Origin: Lingula anatina | Lineage: Eukaryota; Animalia; Brachiopoda | Direction: 5' to 3' | Length of the DNA: 64,000 nucleotides | NCBI GenBank assembly: GCA_051362555.1 | Contig: CM120645.1 | Coordinates: 3,100,001 to 3,164,000, forward strand | Shown here: piece by piece, positions 1 to 32,262 of the stretch | Layout of the letters: the number at the start of each line of letters is the position of its first letter | Position numbering within the stretch: position 1 is the first letter of the stretch | Notes under the pieces: model-generated | Told to the model about the DNA's origin: nothing | The model's input: the letters and a program-made list of their open reading frames with translations, nothing else | Database searches by the model: none | Position numbers and translations under genes: made by a program

Positions 1-49
1 CCAAATAATTTCCAATAATGACAGAATGTTAAAACATTCATATAAATAG

Positions 50-240
50 CAGGGGCGGATCCAGGATTATTTGAAAAGGGGGGGGGGTCGCGGATGCTGA
101 AGGGCCCCGGAATTTTTTGGTATTCTAGAGGGCGAACGATGCCATTTGGTACGGTTTAGTACTATAAATCATACAGTCAAAATTATAATTCCAAGAGGGA
201 AATTTTAGTACGATTTTGTTTCCAGTAACCGAATGGGGGG
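50..240 (+). mobile_element. Truncated MITE-like element (CAGGGGCGGATCCAGG terminus)
   Basis: Homologous to the reverse complement of 24737-24990 (shared GGCGGATCCAGGATTATTTGAA and TGCCATTTGGTACGGTTTAG); right terminus missing. Confidence 0.75.
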
Positions 241-478
241 TTCATTAGCGCTCTATTTAAAAAGAAAAAAAAATCAAAAATACTACTTCATCGAGTCCAT
301 TTGGATGACTGCAATAAGCAACAATTATGCAATTTTTGGAAAGAACTCGCAGCCCTGGAAATCCATTTTTGAGAAAGACAGCAAAGTACCACCGTTTGTT
401 TAATCACTTTCATATTTTTGTCAATTTTATTTCACCCATCATACTGTAGGGAATTTTGCGTGTCCTTATGTCGGAATG

Positions 479-479
479 A

Positions 480-514
<35 letters not shown>

Positions 515-515
515 A
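479..515. repeat. (TAAA)n microsatellite
   Basis: Direct reading. Confidence 0.95.
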
Positions 516-534
516 AACAAAAAAACGAGTGCAT

Positions 535-2335
535 ATTTTCTTTATATTTCAAAATGTTTAATAACATTGGAGTCATTTATAACACTGTATACTTACATCC
601 AATTTACATTTATGTTACATCTAATACAATAAAAAACGCCATCAGAGTGATAGAATCAAGAAAACATTAACAGTGACACACCTTGTATTCTTAGACACTT
701 GTGTATTAACAAACATATCAATAAATTCAACATTAACTCTTACCAAATATGCTGGTTAATAATATCTATAATTCTATTTTTTTGTATGCTGCTACATGAA
801 CCGACATAAAACATTAGTATCTGTGCAACTGGCAGTGAAATTGATAATCAAGTCCTTGCAATCATTTCTTTCCATTTATACGTATAAATGAGTAAATCTA
901 TTTTTACGACAAGTACAGCAAATCTGTTGGATGCTATAAATTCTTCCCAGTGAAGATATCAAAAAAAATCTACTAGGATAACAACCACACGTTAAGGTAA
1001 AATGTGTTCCTTTCCTCATTGCAGTGCAGTTTTTTCCTTTTGTTTACTCTAAAGTTTCTCTTTAATTTTTACATCTTAATAAGAAAGAGAAGACATAGCC
1101 ACTGCTCAAATTAATAAACAAAATAATCAAAAGTTTGAAATTATTAGACTTTCTTAGTGGAAGTGAATGATACGTTCTTAACATTCATGACAATACTTTT
1201 TTTTTCCGATTGTGAAGCATCACAAGCCCACTACTGTAGTATAAACATTAAAAATTCCACAAATCACAGTCAACACCCTTACTACCCATACCATTTAAGA
1301 GAAAAAGAAATTAATACACGAATGATCATCAAAAATACACACTTATAAAAAAGAGAGAAAAGACTGCGAGGCGACTCATACGTTCATTGTAAAAGACAAT
1401 GGTTCAGACAGGCTCACAGCCTCACTAAATATGGCATAATCCAGCAATTTCCTACACTGCAGGGATTTCGGATCTCTAAGCCACAACTGTTGAAAGGGCT
1501 TTTGCTTTGTCCAATTTTTGTTATTTATAAAAAAATATAAAAAAACTTGTTCCAGTTTTAATTTTTATTCTTCTACTTGCCTTCGTGAGGTTTCACTAAT
1601 TCTTTACTGCCAGGTATTGAAATATTTCATGTGCTAGATTTGACAAATTTAAAGAAAATGAACTGCTGAAATAAAAAAAAGTCATTAAAATAAATTATCT
1701 AAAATAAATCTGTTAATTTCTGGAAATTATAAAGCATTATTCTGCCATTCACTCCAAAGCTAAGCAGAAGTTGCGTGTGCAAGAGGTGAGCTTCCAGTAA
1801 ATGCATTCATTGTCACTCTGCTACATAATTTCTCCGTTTTGAGTTGACTTGAACTGACAACTTTTTTAAAAAATTCCCTGCAGAGTTCTTAGTTCTGCAA
1901 AAATATATCTTCCTTGCCTCAGGCAGAGAAAATTCTCTATTTATGACTTTGTGAACACAGATACAGGCTTTTTTATTTTGTCCAGAAAAGGATCCCATTT
2001 CCCACAGCACAGTTTAAATTTCCTGGACACTGGGACACCAAAAGATTTGCTACCTTAAGTATTCTTCTCACAAGGGAGAAAACAGATTTAACTTCCTCCA
2101 AAGATTTTCCTCTAGTGCCTTCTCTTGCCTATGCCTGCTACCTCACTTTTTGAATGTTTTTCCAATGGTAGGGTAAGCCTCTTTGGCTTTTCATCCCCAA
2201 GATTCCCATTCCTTCACCCACTAGAATTCAGATTGTTCAGAAATCCATCCTGACACTTTGAATTTACCCCCCAAATGGCTGGGCAAACCCTTCAGATTCC
2301 ATTTTACTAGACTTTATACAGTTCACACACACAGA
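535..2335 (-). other. Probable BRPF 3'UTR (end uncertain)
   Basis: Non-coding, U-rich on the minus strand. A candidate ATTAAA at about 562-557 is followed by a U/GU-rich tract, but earlier AATAAA hexamers also exist. Confidence 0.45.
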
Positions 2336-23365
<21,030 letters not shown>

Positions 23366-23375
23366 GTTGACGCTC

Positions 23376-23426
23376 CACGTGTCGAAACTAGGTCACGAAA
23401 ACCAAACTAGGTCAAACTTCCGGAAG
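23376..23426. promoter_or_regulatory. E-box + two tandem RORE + palindromic ETS cassette in the BRPF 5'UTR
   Basis: CACGTG 23376-23381; AAACTAGGTCA 23385-23395 and 23404-23414; CTTCCGGAAG 23417-23426. Confidence 0.5.
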
Positions 23427-23900
23427 CAAACCTAGAAAAGCGAAAATAAGAACTACAGCAGGATAATACATCGTTTTTACAACAAATTATGAATAGCATA
23501 TGGATAATAAAGGTACGAACGCAACGCGAATGATACGAAAAATCAATATTTCTCGGAACAAAGAGCAGTGGCAGGTGACCTCACTGCAATATGGATCCAT
23601 TCATTCCATATTCGCATTCAGTTGACCCAGTTTTCCCTGCATAAATTCAAACTGATTATCTTCCATTTTTACCCGCCAAGATGCCAAATTATTACAATAT
23701 TTAGAGAGGGGTGACTATGTTTGAAAGAGCCTGTATTATGTTTTATGTTATCTTACTACCGTTATAATACAAATCGAAAATGAAAATACAAGTTCAACAA
23801 TTGACTAAACAAAGGACGCCGACTGTGTTGATGAAAGGCGAGAGGTGGCTCAGTTTAACATCAAATTATGTCAAAACTTCGGCAAAAATCGAAAAAGTAC

Positions 23901-24100
23901 CTGGTGAGAATTCTTCCAAATGGACTGTCAAAGCTGTCACTGTTGTCAGAAAATTCATCTGAAGCAAATCCTCGGCAGAAAATATGTGCGAAACCTAACG
24001 AACGCAAACGATGAGGAGTGTCTGGGTCACCGGACATCCGGGATCTCACAGCTGAAGTGACTGCGCAATTGTCTGCGCACCGCATTGTTTACTTCCGGTG
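23901..24100 (-). other. Probable non-coding first exon of BRPF
   Basis: Donor CAG|GTACTT at 23901/23900 pairs with the unused acceptor at 23431; CpG-rich; lies next to the promoter motif cluster. TSS is not determinable. Confidence 0.6.
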
Positions 24101-24135
24101 TTATGGCGGGAAAATTACCTGTCAGTCACGTGGTA
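24060..24135 (-). promoter_or_regulatory. Housekeeping-type promoter cluster of BRPF
   Basis: TGCGCA twice (24062, 24074; NRF1-like), ACTTCCGG 24091-24098 (ETS), ATGGCGG/GGCGGGAAA 24103-24113 (YY1/E2F-like), GTCACGTG 24125-24132 (E-box), in a CpG-retaining region. Confidence 0.6.
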
Positions 24136-24736
24136 GTATCATTACAGGTGGAAAAGCGTATTTTATGGTTAACCTGTTGCACCACTGCCAAGCCTTTAGT
24201 TTTGTTTATTGACGTCGAATGCTTTCTTCATTTAAAAGTTTCATTATCGTTTCATTGATGAGGATTTATAAAATATGGTTGAATTTTTTTTTATTCTTAT
24301 TTAGTATTTTCTTAATAAAGCCCTAAATTTTGTATCGGGAAAAATAAGGTTTTGAAAATCAAGTGCAGGATGCAAACGCTTTGCCTGAAACTCAGACGTA
24401 TTTCATGATTGATTGACATTCTATTTTTTTTTTAAACCTTACACCAGAGAAACTGCCTTTGTAAATCTATTTTCAGGCGACAAAAACAGCGGACAACTAC
24501 CGGGTAAATAATTCATTTGTCCGGTACATTTAAAACGGAACCTTGCCGTGTCTGTGCGTACATGTGCAAGTAAAAAAAAAGACATTTTCAGAATGGGATA
24601 GACGATCTGAATCAGATTTTTCTGTGCCATTCATTTCAAAGGCTTCAACCTAAAGGATGTTATGTAATTATCTCAAACCTTCCGATTCTTTTTATATACT
24701 CTGTATAGACATTTTCAAAAGTGCATTGTATACTTT

Positions 24737-24990
24737 CAGTGGCGGAATGGGGGGGGGGGGGGAGGTCAAGGGAGTCCTGACCCCCCTTCGATTTCTGAAA
24801 ATAAAATCACACCTATGGTCCCCTCTTGAAATTAGAATTTGGACATGTTCTAAACCGTACCAAATGGCACCGTTTGCCTTTAAAAATACCCAAAATATTC
24901 GGGTCCCTTTAGCGGGTCCCGGACCCCACGCCAAGGGAGGGGGGTCCCCATCCGCAGACCCCCCTTCAAATAATCCTGGATCCGCCTTTT
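24737..24990 (-). mobile_element. MITE-like element with terminal inverted repeats in the divergent promoter region
   Basis: CAGTGGCGGA ... TCCGCCtttt termini, flanked by direct repeat TACTTT (24731-24736 and 24991-24996); same family as 50-240. Confidence 0.8.
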
Positions 24991-25464
24991 TACTTTTAGA
25001 AGTGAAAATGCCGCCTATGTTCAGAAATTGCAATATTACGTGAGGATGAAATTAAACTTAGGCAGGAAATAAAAGGATTACGTGAGGTTGAAATTAATAC
25101 CCCATGATGACAGCTTAAGTTAAGTAAAAAAAGTTGTGCAGATATTTTTACCACTAAGGTTGTTCCTAACGTCTAAGGTATCGTTTCTTCCTCCACTACA
25201 ATTTCACCCTTTCAAGGATCTTTATTATGTTCTGACTCTTACTCATTTTGGTTTTTACCATCTACACAAGCCCCTATCCTTTTTCAAAGCAATATGAATT
25301 TGTTTTCCTGTATTCAATTCACGTAATCCGCACGTCACCACTAACTTATTATCAAATTTTGTCAAGACATAAATGCTGAACGGAAGATGACTTTTTCGGG
25401 CCGTCACCTTATCGATTTCTATGAATGAAAAATGTCAACACCACAGGTAACATGATTGACATAA

Positions 25465-25875
25465 TCCCATGCGTCATGATTGGTGGCCTAGTGGAGGGGG
25501 CGGGGCTCTGCGGTCAGATCATCCGAGCCACTCACAGTTGAGCATGGAACTCAGCTGAGAGCCGGTAGGGTAATGTACAGGAGGATTCAGTGTACAGACT
25601 GACCCGCCGCTGGCCGGAGACGAAGAAGGGACCATCATTTACGTCTACCTCATGTGATGATGCACAGGCTGCAGGACGTTGTATATGTACATGGGGAAAA
25701 AGTTGACGACGACGGATCTCGGCCCATTGGAAGAGCTGCCAAGCAACTTTCACGCCGCCGACGTGAAACGGGCCTTGCATTTGTGCTTTGATTGATGCGA
25801 CATTGTAACCCCGGATGGTAATAATTCTTGTGGATTACGTTCGAGTATTACGCTTGAGTAGGGCTATAAAATCAC
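25465..25875 (+). promoter_or_regulatory. ADAMTS promoter / 5' region
   Basis: Reverse CCAAT (ATTGG 25479-25483), GC box GGGGCGGGG 25497-25505 and TATAAAA 25865-25871, in CpG-rich sequence upstream of ATG 25929. Confidence 0.5.
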
Positions 25876-25928
25876 GACTGTTATAGATCGAGGATATTAA
25901 GTCCAGAACTGCAGATAAAAAACTAGTT

Positions 25929-26321
25929 ATGTATCTATCACGTGTAGTCTTCGCTTTAGTTCTTCTTTGGAGCGCTGCCATCGCCGCCGACTGGGATTTT
26001 ATCAAAAACTACGAAATCGTTACTCCAATACGTCTATCAGCTGATGGGACACCTAACAACGAACGTAAACATTTCAGAAAAAGAAGTGTACAGGCGTGGA
26101 GTGAGTCTACGGCGTACAGATTCAGTGCTTACGGTCAGGATTTCCATCTAAATCTCAGCTCTCACACGGACTTCATAGCGCCCCATTTCCAAGTAATGCA
26201 TTTCAACGAGAGCGAGTCGTGGCTGGAAGAGGTCGAGGACGGGGGTCTGGGGTGTTTTTACCGCGGCCAAGTCAACGGGAAAGACAGCTCGAGAGTCGCC
26301 CTCAGTCTCTGCGAAGGCATG
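25929..26321 (+). CDS. ADAMTS9: ADAMTS9/20 (gon-1)-like metalloprotease, exon 1: signal peptide and M12B pro-peptide
   Basis: Hydrophobic signal MYLSRVVFALVLLWSAAIA; YEIVTPIRL, RKRS furin-type site, YRFSAYGQDFHLNL..FIAP and CFYRGQVNG..VALSLCEGM match the ADAMTS9/20 pro-domain pattern; donor ATG|GTATGT at 26321/26322. The subfamily call rests on the pro-domain only. Confidence 0.85.
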
Positions 26322-29300
26322 GTATGTAGACTTAATAACCCTCATTGTGTTGAAAGTTTGATCAAACACCCTGGTCACCTTAGTAGAGCAGCTTGTATAA
26401 GTTACGTAGCACATCAAACGGGGCCTGTCGGCTTGCAGGTTTCAAGTGATTGATATAAGTTTTTGATTTTATTGTAGAAATAAGGTTATGACTATGATAA
26501 TTTTTCCCACAGCATTTGCACTGTTCGATGCATTTGGATATCGAAAGTACGGCCAGACATAGCGAAGGCCATTTACGTGTAAGATTTGCGATTATGATAA
26601 TGATTGGACTAGTCTGTGTTTAGACGGCAAATAGCAACTAGCCCGTTCCCTGAAGCTAAAGTAGCAGTAATAGCAATCAGTTCAAATTGATGTAAAAGAG
26701 TACTGATATTCATGCTTGATAAAGCAAGCACTCTACCTTTGGCCTATCCAGGTGCATTACCGGGGCAGCTTATACTGATGCAACTACTGCAAGTACCTGT
26801 GCTTTCAGGAGTCCATAGAGCAAAACTTTGTCTTTGTAAGCATTTAAAAGTCCCCACTTCGCTGTTTTGAAATAGAGACATAAACTTCACAGCTAGCATT
26901 CAGCCTTTAGGACTAAGATTTAAAAATTGACTAATTAAAACCCTTTATCCCTGTTATGTTTTGCAAAGAAATAAAAAGTATACAAAAAGAACCAAGGCAG
27001 GCTGCTGAAAAAAGCAGGCTAGATATAACTCCGCATTCCCATTATGATTATTGGCGTGCAGTGTGAACAACCCCTTATGGCACTTTCATGGCAATATTGT
27101 TCTAAAATGGGGATGGCAGCTTATTATCTAGCCATGAGACAAGCATCTTGTAATCAATGAAACCTCTATCTCAATTTCAAAACCCAGATCCCACCAGACT
27201 GTTTTGACTTAAGAGGTGGTCTCAGTAGCTAGCCCTCAAACCATATTTTCATAGGACCCAGCTGTCTTGTTTCTATTTGTATTTACACCTTAAAGCATGT
27301 AATGTACCTTTAATTACTCTCAGTTGGAGTGGCCTCAGATTGGGCAGGGGTAGAACGGACCAAGATTTGTGTGCTGATAGGCTTTAGAGCTCTAAGGTGA
27401 AAAATCATATTTCTTGTTAGCTTGACATCATAACGGTTCTGACTGTTAAGTTGTATTATTTCATTAGTTTGCATTGTGCCTAATTATGGCTAGGCTTCAT
27501 AACTGCCGTCAGCTGTCTGTGTTTATCCTCCTCGAAGTGAATGTGTCTTTTCCTTGCTTTTCTAACCTGTTACCTTTTCGTAATACTAGCAAATCAGTAT
27601 AGAGCCCTATTATTTCTGGGGGGCTGAAGAATGATTCTCTGTTTCTTAAAATAAGGAGGGGCCTGTTTTTGCCCAGAAAAAGCGTAGAACAAGAGGTAAT
27701 GAACTGTGGGCCATTGTACCCAGTGTGCTTCCAGACTGGCTCTTGTTCTACAGAGCCAGGCAGTCAATTGAAGTTATACTTTACCTAAGAGCAGTGTTGT
27801 AAGGACTTCCTGCCCTGTTAAGTCAATATTACCATCGGGAGAACTTTCATTCATCTTCTAGTGAGGGTTGTATTACATGGGTGAACACCTCACCCATCTA
27901 CACAGTTTACTACAATTATGGATGTTTATTCTTTGAAGGTAGCCCTCTGTTTGGGAGATTTCACTGTATTGCTGCAAAAACAACAAATTGGAACTGTGCT
28001 TTAATGGCGGGACAATGGCGCTTTATAACATTGCAACAAACCTCCGACACTCGGCTCTCCAATTGTTTTCTTTTACTTGCTTTGTTGATGTGAGAATTGC
28101 GCCCTAAGTAATGGGCTGTTGGTGAACAACTGATGTAATCGCACTGTTTTTGTTTACGGACTGGGGTATTGTTCTTCGCCTCTGTGCAATGTGTGAAATC
28201 CTGCTTAACTCAATGTGCCACCCACGTGTAACAACGTGGCCGACCAGGCCGTGGCTCTCAGTCAGTTTTGGCATACTCCTCTGACATCTGCTTTTTCGGC
28301 AGGCAGCAGTTCAAATGGGGGTGCCTGGTAATGGAGTAGTAGCACATGCTGTCTGTGGAGTTTTTTTTTCTTTTACCTGGCTTGTGGAATAATATACTCC
28401 ATTACCAAGTCTATGGATATATCTTCTAAAACTTTTACTTCTTTAACCTTCACGTTTTATGTGCTAATGTTGTTTTGATTTGTTCAACATCTTAAAATAT
28501 GTATGAATTTGGAACTGTTTTCAGCACCTTGTTGTAGCCCTTTTTGCAGTTGTCAGTTCCTGGGACTGGAATGGCAGGTGCTTTTCTGCACTTATACTAT
28601 CATTTTTATAACTGTAGAAACAGAACCGGGTATATGCATTTTATGAATTAATGTGCTGGCACCCTCAAATGTATTGTGATAATATTATGTCTGCTATTGT
28701 CTACATTGTTTCTAGCATTTAAGACACAATGCTACTTCTCTTGTGTACACACCCTTTAAGCTGTAGCATGCTTTTAAAGAAACTTGGTCAAAGGCTTTTG
28801 GTACCAGTTGACCTTTTCTTGGTCCCATTAAGTGTGTACATGTACCTTTAGTGTTACCTTTAAGTCTTACAGTAATTACTCAATAAGTTTGTACAGCATG
28901 AATTAATGATTTACCCCAAAAATGTTTTGTCATACTATTATAACACTTAAATGTTACTTTAAAAGTTATTGAAAGTTTGTTGGTTTAATGACAAAAAAAT
29001 TACTGTGGTGAATTTCTGAATATGAGACGCATGAAAACGTAAAATATCAGAAAAAAGGGGGTTTGAAAATATACCTAGTTACCGTGCCTTTATATGACCT
29101 GGGGTGGGGATGAGGAAAGCATTGTTTCTCTGTTGGTTGGGATAAAATACAGTAGTCGCAAAATTATTTCACAGGTACTAGAGAGTTCAGAAATAACTTA
29201 CTTAGAGCATCAAGCTCTCTGAAGACCAGCTGTGCATATGACTTGGTGTTTGTAAACATTTTTGCACAGAGCAGTATGTTTCAAGTGCTCAGCCTACTCG

Positions 29301-29367
29301 GACTCCTACTTGAATATATAATATGTGAAGTTGTATAGTAAAAAGAGGAAGCGATGACTGTAGATTT

Positions 29368-29368
<1 letters not shown>

Positions 29369-29404
<36 letters not shown>
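29369..29404. repeat. (GT)n microsatellite
   Basis: Direct reading. Confidence 0.95.
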
Positions 29405-29406
<2 letters not shown>

Positions 29407-32082
29407 CTGAATGTGTGTGTGCACGCAGTATATAATATGTGCATGACATTTTTGGATACCCTGTTTGGATGTTATATTAAAAGAAGACATTTAGGTTTAA
29501 GTCTTTGATGTGTCTGTCAATAAGTGGGGCAAAGATCGGCTTCGTGACCTGACATACATATTTTAAACCTCATTGATGTCATAGTCAGCGGAGGTGCATG
29601 ACATAGAATGTGTTGTATTTTTTCTCTGTCATTTCATTTTATTCTGTCTGCTGTCTGAAATAGAATAACTTCTTATCTAGCCATATCTTTAATTAATATG
29701 TCAAGTGCTTTTGATACTGTTATTTTATTCAACTTTTCGAGACAGGATTTGGTAGACAACAGACATGTTGGTTATATAATATCTCTTTATCCAAACTAAA
29801 TTGTTTTTTAAAGGCAGCTGGGATTGTACCCTAGTACATGTACTTGAAAATTAGATCTGAGGCTTCTGGATTTTATTTCACCTTTAAAAAAGTGAAATTT
29901 TAAAGGATTTGGTTTATAAGACCCTTTTGTAAAGTGCTCCCTGAAATGAATGTCTTATGAGGAGAGAGGTATTATTATAATACCTGTCTGGCTCAGTGAA
30001 TTGGGCTGCTTTAAAAAGAGAAGTGTCATAATGTAGGGTTTGAAAATCAGATATTTCAAACTTGATGCTATATTTGACCACAGGCCGGATGTGAATTATT
30101 TGTCACTGGTTGTGACACCTCCCTTCAGACTGTGTCTAACTGATTGCCCATTTTACTCAGGTTACTATCTTTTTTTTAATCTACTTGAAATTCAAGTTTA
30201 TCTTTCAACTGCCTATAATTGGGTTGGATGTATAAAAGGAAGGTAGTATTTTTTTCCACTTGGTAATCTGCTATCTTGAAAAGTTTGACCCAGCACAAGA
30301 TCTGTCTCTTTTGTGCTTTATACAGACTACTAATTTAGTTTGTCTCTAAAAGATAGTGAATAAAGTGCTTTCTTGTGAAATAATTGATTCCTGTCACTTC
30401 TGAGTCTGAGTTTTTTTTAAATATTTTAACACCAGGAAATAGAAAACTATAAGATATAATACCAATCTTCACCTTATTACTCGAATTATTATATATCTGA
30501 AAAAAAAAAAATTATGAAAAAGATTTACATGGTATTAGCTGAACTTATGGAAATAGTAATATACATGATATTTTTTCGATTTAAATCAGAAATACTGATC
30601 TTTTCTTCCCCCTTTTCCAATGTCATTTTTGATATATTATATACCCAAAGTGTCAAGGCTTATATGTGAAAGCCATTGTTTGTGGAAATTCCCCCTGCCC
30701 CCCCCCCACATCACACACACGCGCGTGCACATACACACACACATACACACACACATGTATGCGTCAACTGCAATTCTTATCCAGTTCTGATGTTTCATTC
30801 TTTTCCAATAGTTCACACAGATGGTGTAATTATAGCAATGTAATCCATGAGCCAGAACTAATTAAAGTGGTACTACCACCTAATGCTTATGATTATGTGT
30901 TATTATTTGAGTTCAAACGTAACAAAAACTGATCAGCACTGTTGCATAAGATGTGAATTTAATTTGTTTGGATGGGTGGCGTGATAGGACGGATTTGTAC
31001 GTGTGAATTTCAGTTGACACACAATGGGGACGGGGGGGGGGGGGAGATGTCAGGTATGTGTTCACACTGCACTCAGATAGATTGATCTGAATGGCAAAGT
31101 TTGTGGTGTAAAACAGTCTGCTCAGATAGCACACACTGGCTCAAACTGACACAACTTGACTAGAAATGCGCCTATTACAGGTAAACCAATACAACTTTAG
31201 TAGAAATGCACCTTAAGCAGACACGCAAACCAGGGTTACTAAGAACACATCCATCAACATACACGCCTATACAGGCTTGGTGAACCATTAGGGTTCTTAC
31301 AATTGATTTTGGCCCTTTATTCTTGAACCTCTCATTTTCAGATTAAATTTTACCGCTTGACCCCTGTGACCACTGGTCATCACTGGTCAGATGAATGGGC
31401 TCAGAGAGTGTTTATTAATGGGTGTGTATAATGTATGAATGGGTATTGTGTGAAAGGTGTAGTATGGGAAAGGGTGATCCTGTTATATTCCTTTGTGTTA
31501 TAAAAACACTAATGGTATGAGAGACACTGAACATAATTGATAAAGGCTTGAAAACTGGTGAGTTTGATTTTTGTCCTGATCCTTGGGTTCTAAATGCATC
31601 ACATACAGTGGCAGGAATGCCACAAGATTGGATGTGTGCTATTGCTGGGCTGACAACTTTTTCATTACAAAAGTTGACAAATGTTGTCATTTACAGCAAT
31701 TGCTTCCAAACTGGTTTTAATATTGCCCAGGTTAATGCCCTTAAGAGATAAAATGCTGTAGCATTGTGGGTTTAACCCCTTTGAGGTCCTGTGTGATAAG
31801 CTTACAAGACAGGGCCGCATTCCTCCCCGTGAAGAACGTTGCTGTTTGATCAAACTTGGGGTCTTCAGACGGGAACATGTCTGGAGCAAAACATGGACGC
31901 ATTATCCTCTTCACAAGCTGAGACTTGGACATGCCACAAATAAACATGTTTAGTGTAGACAAGAAGACAAGGGGTACTGGGAGAGTTTTTTTGTACAGTA
32001 CTGAATAATGTTAATAGCAAAAGAAGCAGACTTCAATGGAAATATAAGATTTTATATGTGAAATGTTGAATATTGGGTGAGG

Positions 32083-32211
32083 GGTGGTGGTGGTGGTGGT
32101 GGTGGTGGTGGTGGGGGTAAGATCCAGGTGGGGTTTGAGTGTGGTTTTCATGACTGAGGAACAGCCACCTCAAAACCATATATACTTCTCTCTCTCTCTC
32201 TCTCTTTCTCT

Positions 32212-32261
<50 letters not shown>
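32083..32261. repeat. (GGT)n at 32083-32114 and (CT)n at 32186-32261
   Basis: Direct reading. Confidence 0.95.

Positions 32262-32262
<1 letters not shown>

Noticed and set aside
24657-25043. Overlapping 128-aa (+) and 113-aa (-) ORFs between the promoters
   Set aside because: They span the GC-rich MITE, which lacks stops for compositional reasons; no recognisable protein.
26322-26453. C-terminal 43 aa of the 174-aa ORF as part of the ADAMTS protein
   Set aside because: Lies after the donor at 26322; pro-domain homology resumes at 50217.
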